Shown piece by piece: positions 8,614 through 17,800 of a stretch of 64,000 bases of DNA. Position 1 is the stretch's first letter. The number at the start of each line of letters is the position of its first letter. Position numbers and translations under genes: made by a program. The DNA lies in assembly GCA_046290225.1 (NCBI GenBank), contig JBKAGE010000070.1, positions 64,001 to 128,000 of the forward strand, in the 5' to 3' direction. Origin of the DNA: Bradymonadia bacterium. GTDB taxonomy: Bacteria; Myxococcota_A; Bradymonadia; UBA7976; UBA1532. The notes beneath the pieces were generated by a model. It was not told the origin of the DNA and ran no database searches. It saw only the letters and a list, made by a program, of their open reading frames with translations.

Positions 8614-10188
8614 ATGCGGGTGTTGCTCTGTTCAATCGTGATGATGGGCCTGGTGGCAGGGTGCAGTGAAGATCTCGGCGAGCCGGTGGGCGGCGCCGGT
8701 GATGACACCGCGACGCCGATCACAGGGCTGGACTACCTGACACACGACAACGCCGAAGATCTCGTCGAGACCACCGTGGGCTTCAAGAACCCCGTGCCGG
8801 GGATCCCCGAGCGCTTCGACCGAAACCGGGTGGTGGACGACAGCTTCTTCAACGCCTCCAACGCCGTGACCGCTGCCCAGGTGCAGGCCTTCCTGGAGCG
8901 CAACCCCTACGGCACCCGCACCTTCCTCGCTGACACCCGCATCAACGGGGTCCAGGCCTCGGAGGCCATCGTCACCGCCTCGAGGGCACACGGCATCAAC
9001 CCCATCATGATGATCGCCCGCATGCAGGTGGAGAAGAGCCTCATCTCCAAGACCCGGCGGCCTTCGTCGAGCTCGGTGGACTACGCCTTCGGATGCGGCT
9101 GCCCGGACGGCCGGGCCTGCAACGCGCGCTTCCGTGGCCTCGACAAGCAGATCGAGTGTGCCGCCAACACCCTGCGCCGTCGCTACGACGAGTCGGTACA
9201 GGGGAACGGCATCTGGAACCGTGGTGTCGGCAAGCGCTCCCTCGATCCGCTGCGCATCGTGCCGGCGACCCACGCCACAGCTTCTCTCTACGCGTATACC
9301 CCTTGGGTCCTCGAGGGCCGAGGCGGCAACTGGCTGGTGTGGAACATCACGCTGCGCTTTGCCCGGCACTTCGCCAGCCTCGGTGACGTGAACATCGATG
9401 ACGACGGCGGTGATGATGATGTCGGGGCCTCACTCTGGGTGGGCGATCTGTGCTCACCAGAGGCAGACGATCCCTGCAGCTACAGCAACGCCGGCACCGA
9501 GGGTCACTGTCAGCCGCTCTCTGCAGAGCAAGGTGTATGCTCCATCGCCTGCGAGGGCCTGTGCCCGGACCGCTCTGGCCGCACGTCGACCTTCTGCGTA
9601 GATGGCTCGCTCTTCGGGGCCGTGGGTGGTGGGGTGTGCACAGTGTACGCCACCTCGGCGAACAACGACTGCGCAGCTCTGGGCATGGTGGCCCGCTCGA
9701 CCCGCCGCTATGTAGGCGGCAGCGGGTCCCGGAACCGTACCGCCCGGGTGTGCGTGCCTTCGGAGCCCCCGGCGCTGGCGCCGCCCGTGGAGGAGCCCCC
9801 TGCTGAGGATCCCCCCGCAGAAGAGCCGCCGATGGAAGAGCCGCCCATGGAGGAGCCGCTCAACCCATGTGACCCTTCTGCGCCTGCTCAAGGCACGTGC
9901 AATGGCGAAGTCGTGAGCCGCTGCGTCAACGGCGCCCCAGTGACGCTGGACTGCGGTGCGATGCGACAGACCTGTGAGATCGGCCCGAGCGGGGCGGCTT
10001 GTCTGCCAGGCAAGGTGTCGGCGAGCGAGTCAGACCCCCGCTGCGGCGACACGCTGACCTTCGAGGGGGCCTGTGACGGCGATGTAGCCTTGTGGTGCTC
10101 CCGCGGCGACGTGTACGCGGTGGACTGCCGCTGGTACGGCCGCGGCTGCGGTTTCGGCAACGACGGCAATGGCTACTGGTGTCGCTAG
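8614..10188 (+). CDS. Secreted lipoprotein with putative lysozyme-like catalytic domain, Cys-rich modules and EEPP linker
   Basis: Lipobox LVAGC; GINPIMMIARMQVEKSLI...AFGCGCPD...ATASLYAYTP resembles lysozyme-like 'hemagglutinin-related' domains; EEPP(A/M) repeats ~9790-9858. Confidence 0.6.
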   Translation: MRVLLCSIVMMGLVAGCSEDLGEPVGGAGDDTATPITGLDYLTHDNAEDLVETTVGFKNPVPGIPERFDRNRVVDDSFFNASNAVTAAQVQAFLERNPYGTRTFLADTRINGVQASEAIVTASRAHGINPIMMIARMQVEKSLISKTRRPSSSSVDYAFGCGCPDGRACNARFRGLDKQIECAANTLRRRYDESVQGNGIWNRGVGKRSLDPLRIVPATHATASLYAYTPWVLEGRGGNWLVWNITLRFARHFASLGDVNIDDDGGDDDVGASLWVGDLCSPEADDPCSYSNAGTEGHCQPLSAEQGVCSIACEGLCPDRSGRTSTFCVDGSLFGAVGGGVCTVYATSANNDCAALGMVARSTRRYVGGSGSRNRTARVCVPSEPPALAPPVEEPPAEDPPAEEPPMEEPPMEEPLNPCDPSAPAQGTCNGEVVSRCVNGAPVTLDCGAMRQTCEIGPSGAACLPGKVSASESDPRCGDTLTFEGACDGDVALWCSRGDVYAVDCRWYGRGCGFGNDGNGYWCR

Positions 10189-10376
10189 GGGCTCCGGAGC
10201 TACGGTCACGTTCGCGGGCTCGGCCTGAGGGGGATTTGGGAGAGGAGTACGGAGCTTGGGGGAGGCGGATTTGGGGCTGGTGTGGTGTTTTTTGGGCGCG
10301 CTCACTATTTTGCCCCGCGTTGATCTGACGCGGGACTTGCCTTCTGAACGCTGATCATCCCCTCGAACCCTTTCTG

Positions 10377-11672
10377 TTGAGTCTGGCGGGCTTCTTGATG
10401 GAGCACGGCTGCCCCACACATCGCCTGGAGCAGGTGGTGGTGATGACGGCCGAGCTTCATGAAGTGCGGGCAGAGGTCTTCGCGGTGCCCACCGGGCTCT
10501 GGATGAGCCTGAATTTGCCCAATGGCGAGGTGAACACCCGCATGCTCCGCGTACACACGTGGACAGTGGATCTCGGAGCGCTCTCGGCGGCGGATGAAGT
10601 GTTCAACGAGGTGATGGATCGCAGGTTGTCTCTGCAGGCGGGCTGTGATCGCCTGGCTGAATTGCGAGCGGCCCGCCGCGGGCCTGGGCCCTGGGGTGCG
10701 GCGCTGGCGGGGTTGGTGGCCTCTGCTTCGGCCTCGCTGTTGTTCGGAGGCCGTTGGCTGGAGGCTCTCGCAGGTGGGGTGCTGGGCGGGACGGCCCTGG
10801 CCCTCGGCGCATGGCTGGGGCGCAATCGCTCGACGCGCTTGCTGATGGATTTCGCATTTGGAGCCCTGGCAGGCTTTGGCTCTGGAGGTGTGGTCCTGCT
10901 GGCGGAGTCTCTGAGCCTGCCGGTGGAGCCCAAGGCGGTGCTCTTGTCGGGGCTGATCGTCTTCGTGCCCGGCCTCACGCTGACGGCGGGCCTGTCGGAG
11001 CTGGCCCACAAGAACCTCGTGAGCGGGACGGCCCGCCTGCTGGACGCCATCGTGGTGCTGCTGTTGTTGCTGTCGGGGGTCGCAGGGGCTCTGGCGATTC
11101 TGCCGCCGGTGGGCGCGAGCGCGCTGCCGCACGCCCAGTTGGACCCGCTGATGCTGTTGGGGCTCCAGAGCGCTGCGATCCTCTGCGCAGGTGGGGGATT
11201 CCTGGCCCTCTTTGCGGTGCCCCGTGGGCAATGGGTGTGGGTGCTGCTGGGCTGCCTCCTTGCCTTCGGTGGAGAGCGCCTGGGCAGCACGCTGCTCAAG
11301 CACGCAGCAGCGGGTGCCTTTGCAGGCACGCTGTGTTTGGGGCTGTACGCCAACATGCTGGCCCGTATTCGGCAACGTCCAGCTCAGGTGTTTCTGGTGC
11401 CGGGGCTGGTGTTGCTGGTGCCCGGCGCCTTCGGCTTCATCAGCTTCGGACAGTTGCTCCGCGGTGAGGTGGCTGGTGGGGTATCGGGGGTGTTCACCAC
11501 GCTGGTGGTGGCCTCGGCCTTGGTGCTGGGCCTTCTGGTGGCGAACGCCGCGCTCCCCTCACGGAAAGTACCTCTGGCTGCCCGGCTGCGGCCGCCTGCG
11601 CCGCGATGCGCGGCGCAGGCGGCCGCGAACGTGACCTCCGCTCCTCCGCGGGCTCGGCCTGATGTGGGTTGA
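10377..11672 (+). CDS. Threonine/serine exporter family (ThrE) membrane protein
   Basis: GCPTHRLE, LIVFVPGLTLTAGLSEL...LVSGTARL, PGLVLLVPG motifs; about 10 hydrophobic segments; start uncertain. Confidence 0.9.
   Translation: MSLAGFLMEHGCPTHRLEQVVVMTAELHEVRAEVFAVPTGLWMSLNLPNGEVNTRMLRVHTWTVDLGALSAADEVFNEVMDRRLSLQAGCDRLAELRAARRGPGPWGAALAGLVASASASLLFGGRWLEALAGGVLGGTALALGAWLGRNRSTRLLMDFAFGALAGFGSGGVVLLAESLSLPVEPKAVLLSGLIVFVPGLTLTAGLSELAHKNLVSGTARLLDAIVVLLLLLSGVAGALAILPPVGASALPHAQLDPLMLLGLQSAAILCAGGGFLALFAVPRGQWVWVLLGCLLAFGGERLGSTLLKHAAAGAFAGTLCLGLYANMLARIRQRPAQVFLVPGLVLLVPGAFGFISFGQLLRGEVAGGVSGVFTTLVVASALVLGLLVANAALPSRKVPLAARLRPPAPRCAAQAAANVTSAPPRARPDVG
11588..11626. repeat. Perfect 18-bp palindrome (REP-like)
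   Basis: gcggccgcctgcgccgcg-atg-cgcggcgcaggcggccgc. Confidence 0.85.
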
Positions 11673-11673
11673 G
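11644..11673 (+). repeat. 30-bp inverted repeat, left copy
   Basis: ctccgcgggctcggcctgatgtgggttgag; 28/30 match to reverse complement of 12449-12478; 16-bp core also at 10213-10228. Confidence 0.85.
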
Positions 11674-11686
11674 GAGGGACAGTTTA

Positions 11687-12331
11687 TCAGGGCTGGCAGA
11701 AGACAGGGTTTTTGATGAAGTACTGGCCTGTGACGAGAGTGAACTCTCCTGTGACCACGACATCCTTGTTGCGCCCCTCGATGGGGTAGCAGACCTCGGT
11801 CTCGTCACCTCGGGCTTGGAATCGTTTGGGATTCTTCTCGTCGGTGAAAGCGAGGGTTTCCTGGCTGGTCTTGCTGCCGAGGACCATGTCGCCGCTGCAG
11901 GTGTTGCAACAGGGCATGTCACAGGCCATCTCGGTGCAGCCGGCGTTGGCCACCAGAGTGCCGCTGTAGATGACGGTCGAGCCGACCTTGGGCGGCTGGC
12001 GGAGATCGACGCCCGTGAATGGCTCCGCCTTGATGTCGGCAACACACTTGGCAACCTTCTCGGCAGCAGGGCAGCCCTTGTCCTTCTGGCACTGCACCTT
12101 GGGTGGCTCCGCCGCAGGGGCTGGCGCGTCGGCCTTTGCTGATGGGTTGGCTGTGGCCTGATCTGCTGGTGTGCTGGGCTTGGCCTTGTCGGCCGGGGTG
12201 TCTGCAGCCTTCTTGCCACCTGTGGCTTTGTTGTCTGCTGTCTTGTTATCAGCCGCTTTGTCGTCCTGGGCCTTCTTCCCACAAGCAAAGGTGCCAACAG
12301 ACAACAAAACGCATACGAGCAGAGTCTTCAT
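11687..12331 (-). CDS. Hypothetical lipoprotein (Lys/Ala-rich linker, Cys-rich C-terminal domain)
   Basis: MKTLLVCVLLSVGTFAC lipobox; CTEMACDMPCCNTC motif; ORF-track N-terminal extension runs through repeats and is rejected. Confidence 0.8.
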   Translation of the reverse strand: MKTLLVCVLLSVGTFACGKKAQDDKAADNKTADNKATGGKKAADTPADKAKPSTPADQATANPSAKADAPAPAAEPPKVQCQKDKGCPAAEKVAKCVADIKAEPFTGVDLRQPPKVGSTVIYSGTLVANAGCTEMACDMPCCNTCSGDMVLGSKTSQETLAFTDEKNPKRFQARGDETEVCYPIEGRNKDVVVTGEFTLVTGQYFIKNPVFCQP

Positions 12332-12448
12332 CTGAATCATGAAACGGGCTCCGAGTGGTGTACCGCGAGTTGCGCGCGCGGAGGTGAGAAGTTCTCCGAG
12401 AAAGAGACTCTCATCAACCCTCTTGCCATCTACATGTACCCAGCCTCT

Positions 12449-12478
12449 CTCAACCCACATCAGGCCCGGCCCGCGGAG
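12449..12478 (-). repeat. 30-bp inverted repeat, right copy
   Basis: ctcaacccacatcaggcccggcccgcggag is the reverse complement of 11644-11673 with 2 mismatches. Confidence 0.85.
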
Positions 12479-12577
12479 AGGCGCAGGCCTCGGTCTTCGG
12501 TGGCTGCGTCGTGAGGCGTGGTGGCTGAGTGGTGACTCAACCGCAGGCGCAGCTGCGCTGCGTCGAGGATTGCGGCG

Positions 12578-12700
12578 CCGCTCAGACGGCGCGTATCGCG
12601 ACGCAGACGCCGGAGAACGAGACCGGAGCCTCGGAGCCCCGCTCAGACGGCGCGCATCGCGGCGCAGACGCCGGAGAACGAGACCGGAGCCTCGGAGCCC
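12578..12700. repeat. 61-bp tandem duplication (2 copies), REP-like
   Basis: ctcagacggcgcg(t/c)atcgcg(a/g)cgcagacgccggagaacgagaccggagcctcggagccc at 12581 and 12642. Confidence 0.9.
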
Positions 12701-14202
12701 TACCAAAACACCCCCGACAACCGCCAAAAGCTATATCCGCCGATCCCCACACCCAGCAGATACACCCACCCAACGAACTTCAGCATGCCCAGCTCAGTCG
12801 AGCCTCTCCGGCGCCACCACACCGGCCCCACCAGCAGAAAGCCACCGAGCAGTACCCACCAGAACCCGATGCGATGTAGCCAGCCCATTCCGTAATAGAA
12901 GTCGCTGTTTCGCTTCGCGCGGTCCTCCACCATCGTGCGGCCCATACGGCCGAAGAATCCCAGCTCATCCGTGCGTTCGAAGTCGTCGTTCACGTGCACC
13001 ACAGCGTTGCCCAGGCCACCCATCAGCCAGTAGCCGCCCTGTGGTGAAGGCATCGCCTTGAAGCCCGTGTGCAGCCAGAAGCTGTTCGCGATCGGGGGCC
13101 CCGCCTCACCCTGCTCGAAGCGTGCATTCAGCAGCTGTGCGTAGAGATCTCGATGCGCGTTCCTGCTCAGCGCCACCCATTGCCCCTTCACTCGGACCAT
13201 GAAGGGCATCTCGAAGACGAACAGCTGCTCCAGCCCCGTGTCCGTCACCACATAGTCCGAGTTCGTCAGGAGCAGGCTCACCTCTGGGGGCAATGGTGGC
13301 TCCTGCCACTCGCCGTCGCGCAGGACCAGCGCAGGACGCGCCCCCCAGGACCTCGGCGGTGCGTAGACATCAGTCATGTCGAGCAGCGGATCTTCGAGAT
13401 GCACGAACGATGCGCTCAGTGCACGGGCCCGGGCGTGGTTTCGGCCCAGAGCATCCGTTTTGGGCGCAATGGGCAGGCGGAGCAGCTGGGTCGGAGCAGG
13501 CATCGTCTGCAGGGTCGATTCCATGAGCTGCACATCGAGTGTCTTGCCACCATCATATGTATTCGACCGTTGTGACCAGACGAAGCGCCAACCTTCATCT
13601 GTCCACCGACAGCCCTCGCCTTTGCTCGTGTAGCCCTTGGGTACAGGGATCTCGACCCCCTTCTCGTGGGTCCAGGAGAGTTCGTCCAGGCTCAACCGTG
13701 AGACTTGGGGTTGGTGCAGACCGCGCGTCCCCGCCATCTCGAGGGTGCGACCATCCAACCGGAGGCATTGTGTGAACAGGGCTGGCCCCTCAGCCAGCCG
13801 CTTCACCGATGACGAGGTGAGGTGCAGCACCTGCTGCTCTGCAACGACCAGCAGCCCACCGTCAGGATGTGGGATCACACCTGTGAGCGACCGAAAGTTG
13901 CCTTTGCCTTCAGGCGACTTCAACAGCGTCGCTGTGTGATTGGGCAAATCGAAGTGGGTGACGAACTCGGTGATCTGCTCACCACGGCGCTGCTCACACA
14001 GCTGCCAGGCATCCTCTCCCCAGGCGTACATCGGACCGTGGCAATGAATGCTCCAGCGATCGACCGGCGCCCCCGTGGCGTCGACGTAGTTGATCTGGTG
14101 TGCCGGTGAAGCTGTGGTGATCGTGCGCCAGATCAGACGGCCCCAGGCGAAGACCGTCATCACCACACATACCCAAAGCAGCGCCTTCAGCCCTTTGCTC
14201 AT
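12700..14202 (-). CDS. Hypothetical membrane-anchored protein
   Basis: 500-aa ORF, N-terminal TM, large soluble domain, two C-terminal TM segments. Confidence 0.75.
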   Translation of the reverse strand: MSKGLKALLWVCVVMTVFAWGRLIWRTITTASPAHQINYVDATGAPVDRWSIHCHGPMYAWGEDAWQLCEQRRGEQITEFVTHFDLPNHTATLLKSPEGKGNFRSLTGVIPHPDGGLLVVAEQQVLHLTSSSVKRLAEGPALFTQCLRLDGRTLEMAGTRGLHQPQVSRLSLDELSWTHEKGVEIPVPKGYTSKGEGCRWTDEGWRFVWSQRSNTYDGGKTLDVQLMESTLQTMPAPTQLLRLPIAPKTDALGRNHARARALSASFVHLEDPLLDMTDVYAPPRSWGARPALVLRDGEWQEPPLPPEVSLLLTNSDYVVTDTGLEQLFVFEMPFMVRVKGQWVALSRNAHRDLYAQLLNARFEQGEAGPPIANSFWLHTGFKAMPSPQGGYWLMGGLGNAVVHVNDDFERTDELGFFGRMGRTMVEDRAKRNSDFYYGMGWLHRIGFWWVLLGGFLLVGPVWWRRRGSTELGMLKFVGWVYLLGVGIGGYSFWRLSGVFW

Positions 14203-14821
14203 CTTGCACTCCCACGTAACTTCACGGCTCTCACGTGTGTATCACGACAACCGAGGAACGTCCGACATGCCACATGATGCGGAGTGGCAGGTGGCCATGC
14301 ATGGTTTTGATGCTCTGTCCCTCGCTGAACGTGCCGATGTGACGGCGCGTATCGAGGCGGTGAGGCACCATGTTGACGGCGGAGAGCGATCTCGACGCCC
14401 TCGAAGCGGCGGCTGAAGGTCCCATCATCTGGGGCAACCAGGACGCCCTTGAGACCACACTCGCTCACCAGTTTGGCCACGAGATCGACATCGTGACGTG
14501 GTTTGAAGATGTAGGGAAATGAATGGGGCAACGCACACAGGTGCGCACAAAAATACGCACCCATAACCTTTCGTTTTCTCAGCGCTTCCTCTCAGTGCCA
14601 CCTCGAATACTCACGCCCTTGACCCTCATGTCACCCCCGCGACATCGAAAATGGCGGCATGTGCATATGGTTTTTCGCACCTGAATCATCATTCAGTACC
14701 TCTTGAGGCCTCGCACCACACCCATACCTTTGTTTTTATAACGTTTACTCGCCACACTGCGCCGCCGGCATGATTCCAGCATGAGGCCGGGCCTTCATCT
14801 GAGTGCATATGCGAGGCGTGC

Positions 14822-17800
14822 ATGATCCCCCCAGCAGCGAGCACCTCCCAAAACACCCTCTTCACTGTGTTGCCCACTCTGGGCGCCTGGCAAGACCGGG
14901 CCGTGAGCACCCTCGCCACCGGCGCCGCCGTCGTGCTCGACCTCGGTGATCGCCCTGTGGATGTCGCCGCCGCCCCGACCCACGCGTCGCTGTGGTGGCG
15001 CGTAGGCAGTCATCGCAGCGCCGACCTCGCCGCGTTGCTCGACCGTGGCGGCCGCGCTGAGGGGCTGTGGATTGCAGCGGGTCATCGCTTCGAGGATGTA
15101 CAGGTGGCCGTGGCGCAGCTGAAGCGCCGTGCCCCGAGCCGGCCCATCGCCGTGGAGGTCCTCTCCCGTCAGGAGGCAGAGGCTGCGATGGCCGCCGGGG
15201 CCACCATGGTGGTCTGCAAGGGCCTCGAGGCCGGCGGCTTCATCGGCGAAGAGAGCATCTCCGTGCTCACCCGAGCCTGCGCCGAGGTGGCCCCCATGGT
15301 GGTGGCCTGGGGTGGCGCTGGCCCTGATAGCGTCGCCGCCTTGAAGGCGCTCGGTGCATGTGGGGCGGTCCTCGCAGACGCCCTGATGCTCGCCTCGGAT
15401 GCCCCCACCGGCGAGGCCCTGCGCAAGATTCTGCATCGCTTCGACCCTCGAGACACCCGCACACTCGGCCGACAGTTCAACCGCCGCCTCGGGGTCTTCG
15501 CACAGCTGGGCACCCGGCCTGTACGGGCGCTCGAAGCTGAAGCCGCAAGCCTCTTCAAGGGCCACGAGGCGCAAGGGGCTGAGCAGTTCTGGGGCCAGGT
15601 CCGTGACACCCTCGCCGACGATGTGTCGACCTGGAACCCGAAGACGCACGTGCTCGCCCTTGGTCAGGAGGCCGCCCTCGCCCGCCACCTGATGGCCGCC
15701 GTGGGCGCCGAGGGCACCACCGCCGATCTGGTGAGCCATGTGCAGCGCGTCACCGCGGAGATCGAGGCCGGCGTCGCCGCCGACTTCCCGCTCCAGGCAG
15801 GCGCAGGCATCTGCCGCACCAACGGCACCGTCCTGCCGATTCATCAGGGCCCCATGGCCCAGACCAGCGACGTGCCGGCCTTCGCCGAAGCCGTGGCCCG
15901 TGCCGGCGCCATGCCCTGGCTGGCCCTGGCGAACATGCCCACCCACGTCGCCGAGAAGCTCATGGTGGAGACCGCGGCCCGCCTCGGCGATCTGCCCTGG
16001 GGTGCCGGCATCATCGGCCTCGAGGCCAACCCCTACCGCGACGCCCACATCGAGCTGATCAAGAAGTACCGGCCTCAGAGCGCCCTCGTCGCAGCGGGCA
16101 CCACGGAGCAGGCGCAGCAGATCGAGAACTTCGGGGTGCCCAGCTGGCTGCACACCCCGACGCCGAACCTGGTCCAGGGGGCCCTGGCCGCCGGGGCCAC
16201 CCGATTGATTCTGGAGGGCAGCGAGGCGGGCGGCCACGTGGGCACCCTCGGCGGGCTGCTGCTCTGGCAGCTCGGCGCTCTGGAGATGATGGCCGCCATC
16301 GACGAGGGCGTTGCTCAGGCCGACGCCCTCGCCGTGACCCCCGCAGGGGGCATCGGCGACGCTCGATCTGCAGCGGCGGCCGCCACGGTGATGTGGCGTC
16401 TGCATCGCCGCGGCGTGGCTGTGGGCGTGCAGATGGGCACCGCCTACCTCATGACCGAGGAGATCGTCTCCACCGGCGCCCTCACGGCGTACTACCAGAC
16501 CGCCGCCATGCAGGTGGGGCAGACCGTGCTCATGGGCGAGTCGGTGCGCACGCCCACCCGCGTGCTCGACACGCCTCAGGCCACTCGGGTGCTCGCCCGA
16601 GAGGTGGCCCGCGAGGTGGCTCGGGCGCCCCTGGGCGAGCGCAAGTCGGCCTATGAGCACGACAACCTCGGCGGCCTCCGCGCCGCGGCGAAGGGCCAGA
16701 AGATCGACAAGATCATCCCAGGCCAGGGGGCGCTGTTCTGTCCGATCCCCATCGATGAGCAGCAGGACACCGGGCTGTTCCACATCGGCCAGGGTGTGGC
16801 CCTCGTGAAGGGCACCACCACCATGGCCGCCCTGCACCACGACGTCACCGAGGGTGCCCGGGCCGTGATGGCCGGCGAGGCCCCTCGACAGCAGCGGAGC
16901 GTCCCCACCGAGCATGCGGCGCCTTCTGCTCTGGCAGCGAGCGCGCCCGAGGGAGCCATCGCCATCGTCGGCGTCGGCTGCTGCCTGCCCGATGCCCTCA
17001 CCGTGGAGCAGTTCTGGCGCAACCTCATCGAGGGCCACAGCGCCATCGGCGAGGTCCCCGAGTCACGGTGGTCCACTGATCTGTTCTACAACGCAGATCC
17101 CAAGGCTGAAGATCGCACCTACAGCCGCATCGGCGGCTTTGTGCGGGACTTCAAGTTCGACCGCAAGGCCTTCCGCCTCCCGCCGAAGGTGGTCTCCCGC
17201 ATCGACGTGGGGCAGCAGTGGGCCCTCGAGGCCACTCGGCAGGCCCTCACCGACGCCGGGCTCTATGGCGACGACGCCAAGGCCTTCGACCGCAGTCGCT
17301 GCGCAGTCATCCTCGGCAACGCCATGGGGGGTGATACCCGCGACCTCACGAACTTCCGCTTGAACATGCCAAGGTTCCTGCAGGCCCTCGACGGGGTGCT
17401 CACCGAGGTGGATCCGGAGCTGGGTCGCCGGCTGCAGGCCATGAAGTCCGATCTCGAGGCCCGCTTGAAGGTGGGGCAGCTGGTGGTGGACGAAGACGCC
17501 ATGCCCGGGGAGCTGTCGAACATCGTCGCCGGTCGCGTGGCCCAGGTCTTCGATCTGCATGGCCCCAACTTCACCACCGACGCCGCCTGCGCCAGCAGCA
17601 TGGCTGCCCTGCAGGGGGCCATCGAGGGTCTGCGCAGCAAGCGCTTCGACATCGCCGTCTCTGGTGGCGTCGACAGCAGCATGGGCATGCCTGCCTATGT
17701 GAAGTTCTCGAAGATCGGCGCCCTCTCGGCCACGGGCTCGCGGCCCTTCGACGCCGGCGCCGATGGCTTTGTGATGGGTGAGGGCGCCGCGGTCCTGGTG

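Noticed and set aside
12332..12727. N-terminal extension of the 11687-12727 ORF and the plus-strand ORF 12339-13061
   Set aside because: They read through REP-like repeats and give Arg-rich low-complexity peptide; the lipoprotein signal starts at 12331.
14650..14668. Possible sigma-54 promoter (tggcggcatgtgca) upstream of the PKS
   Set aside because: GG-to-GC spacing is 8 nt rather than the required 10.
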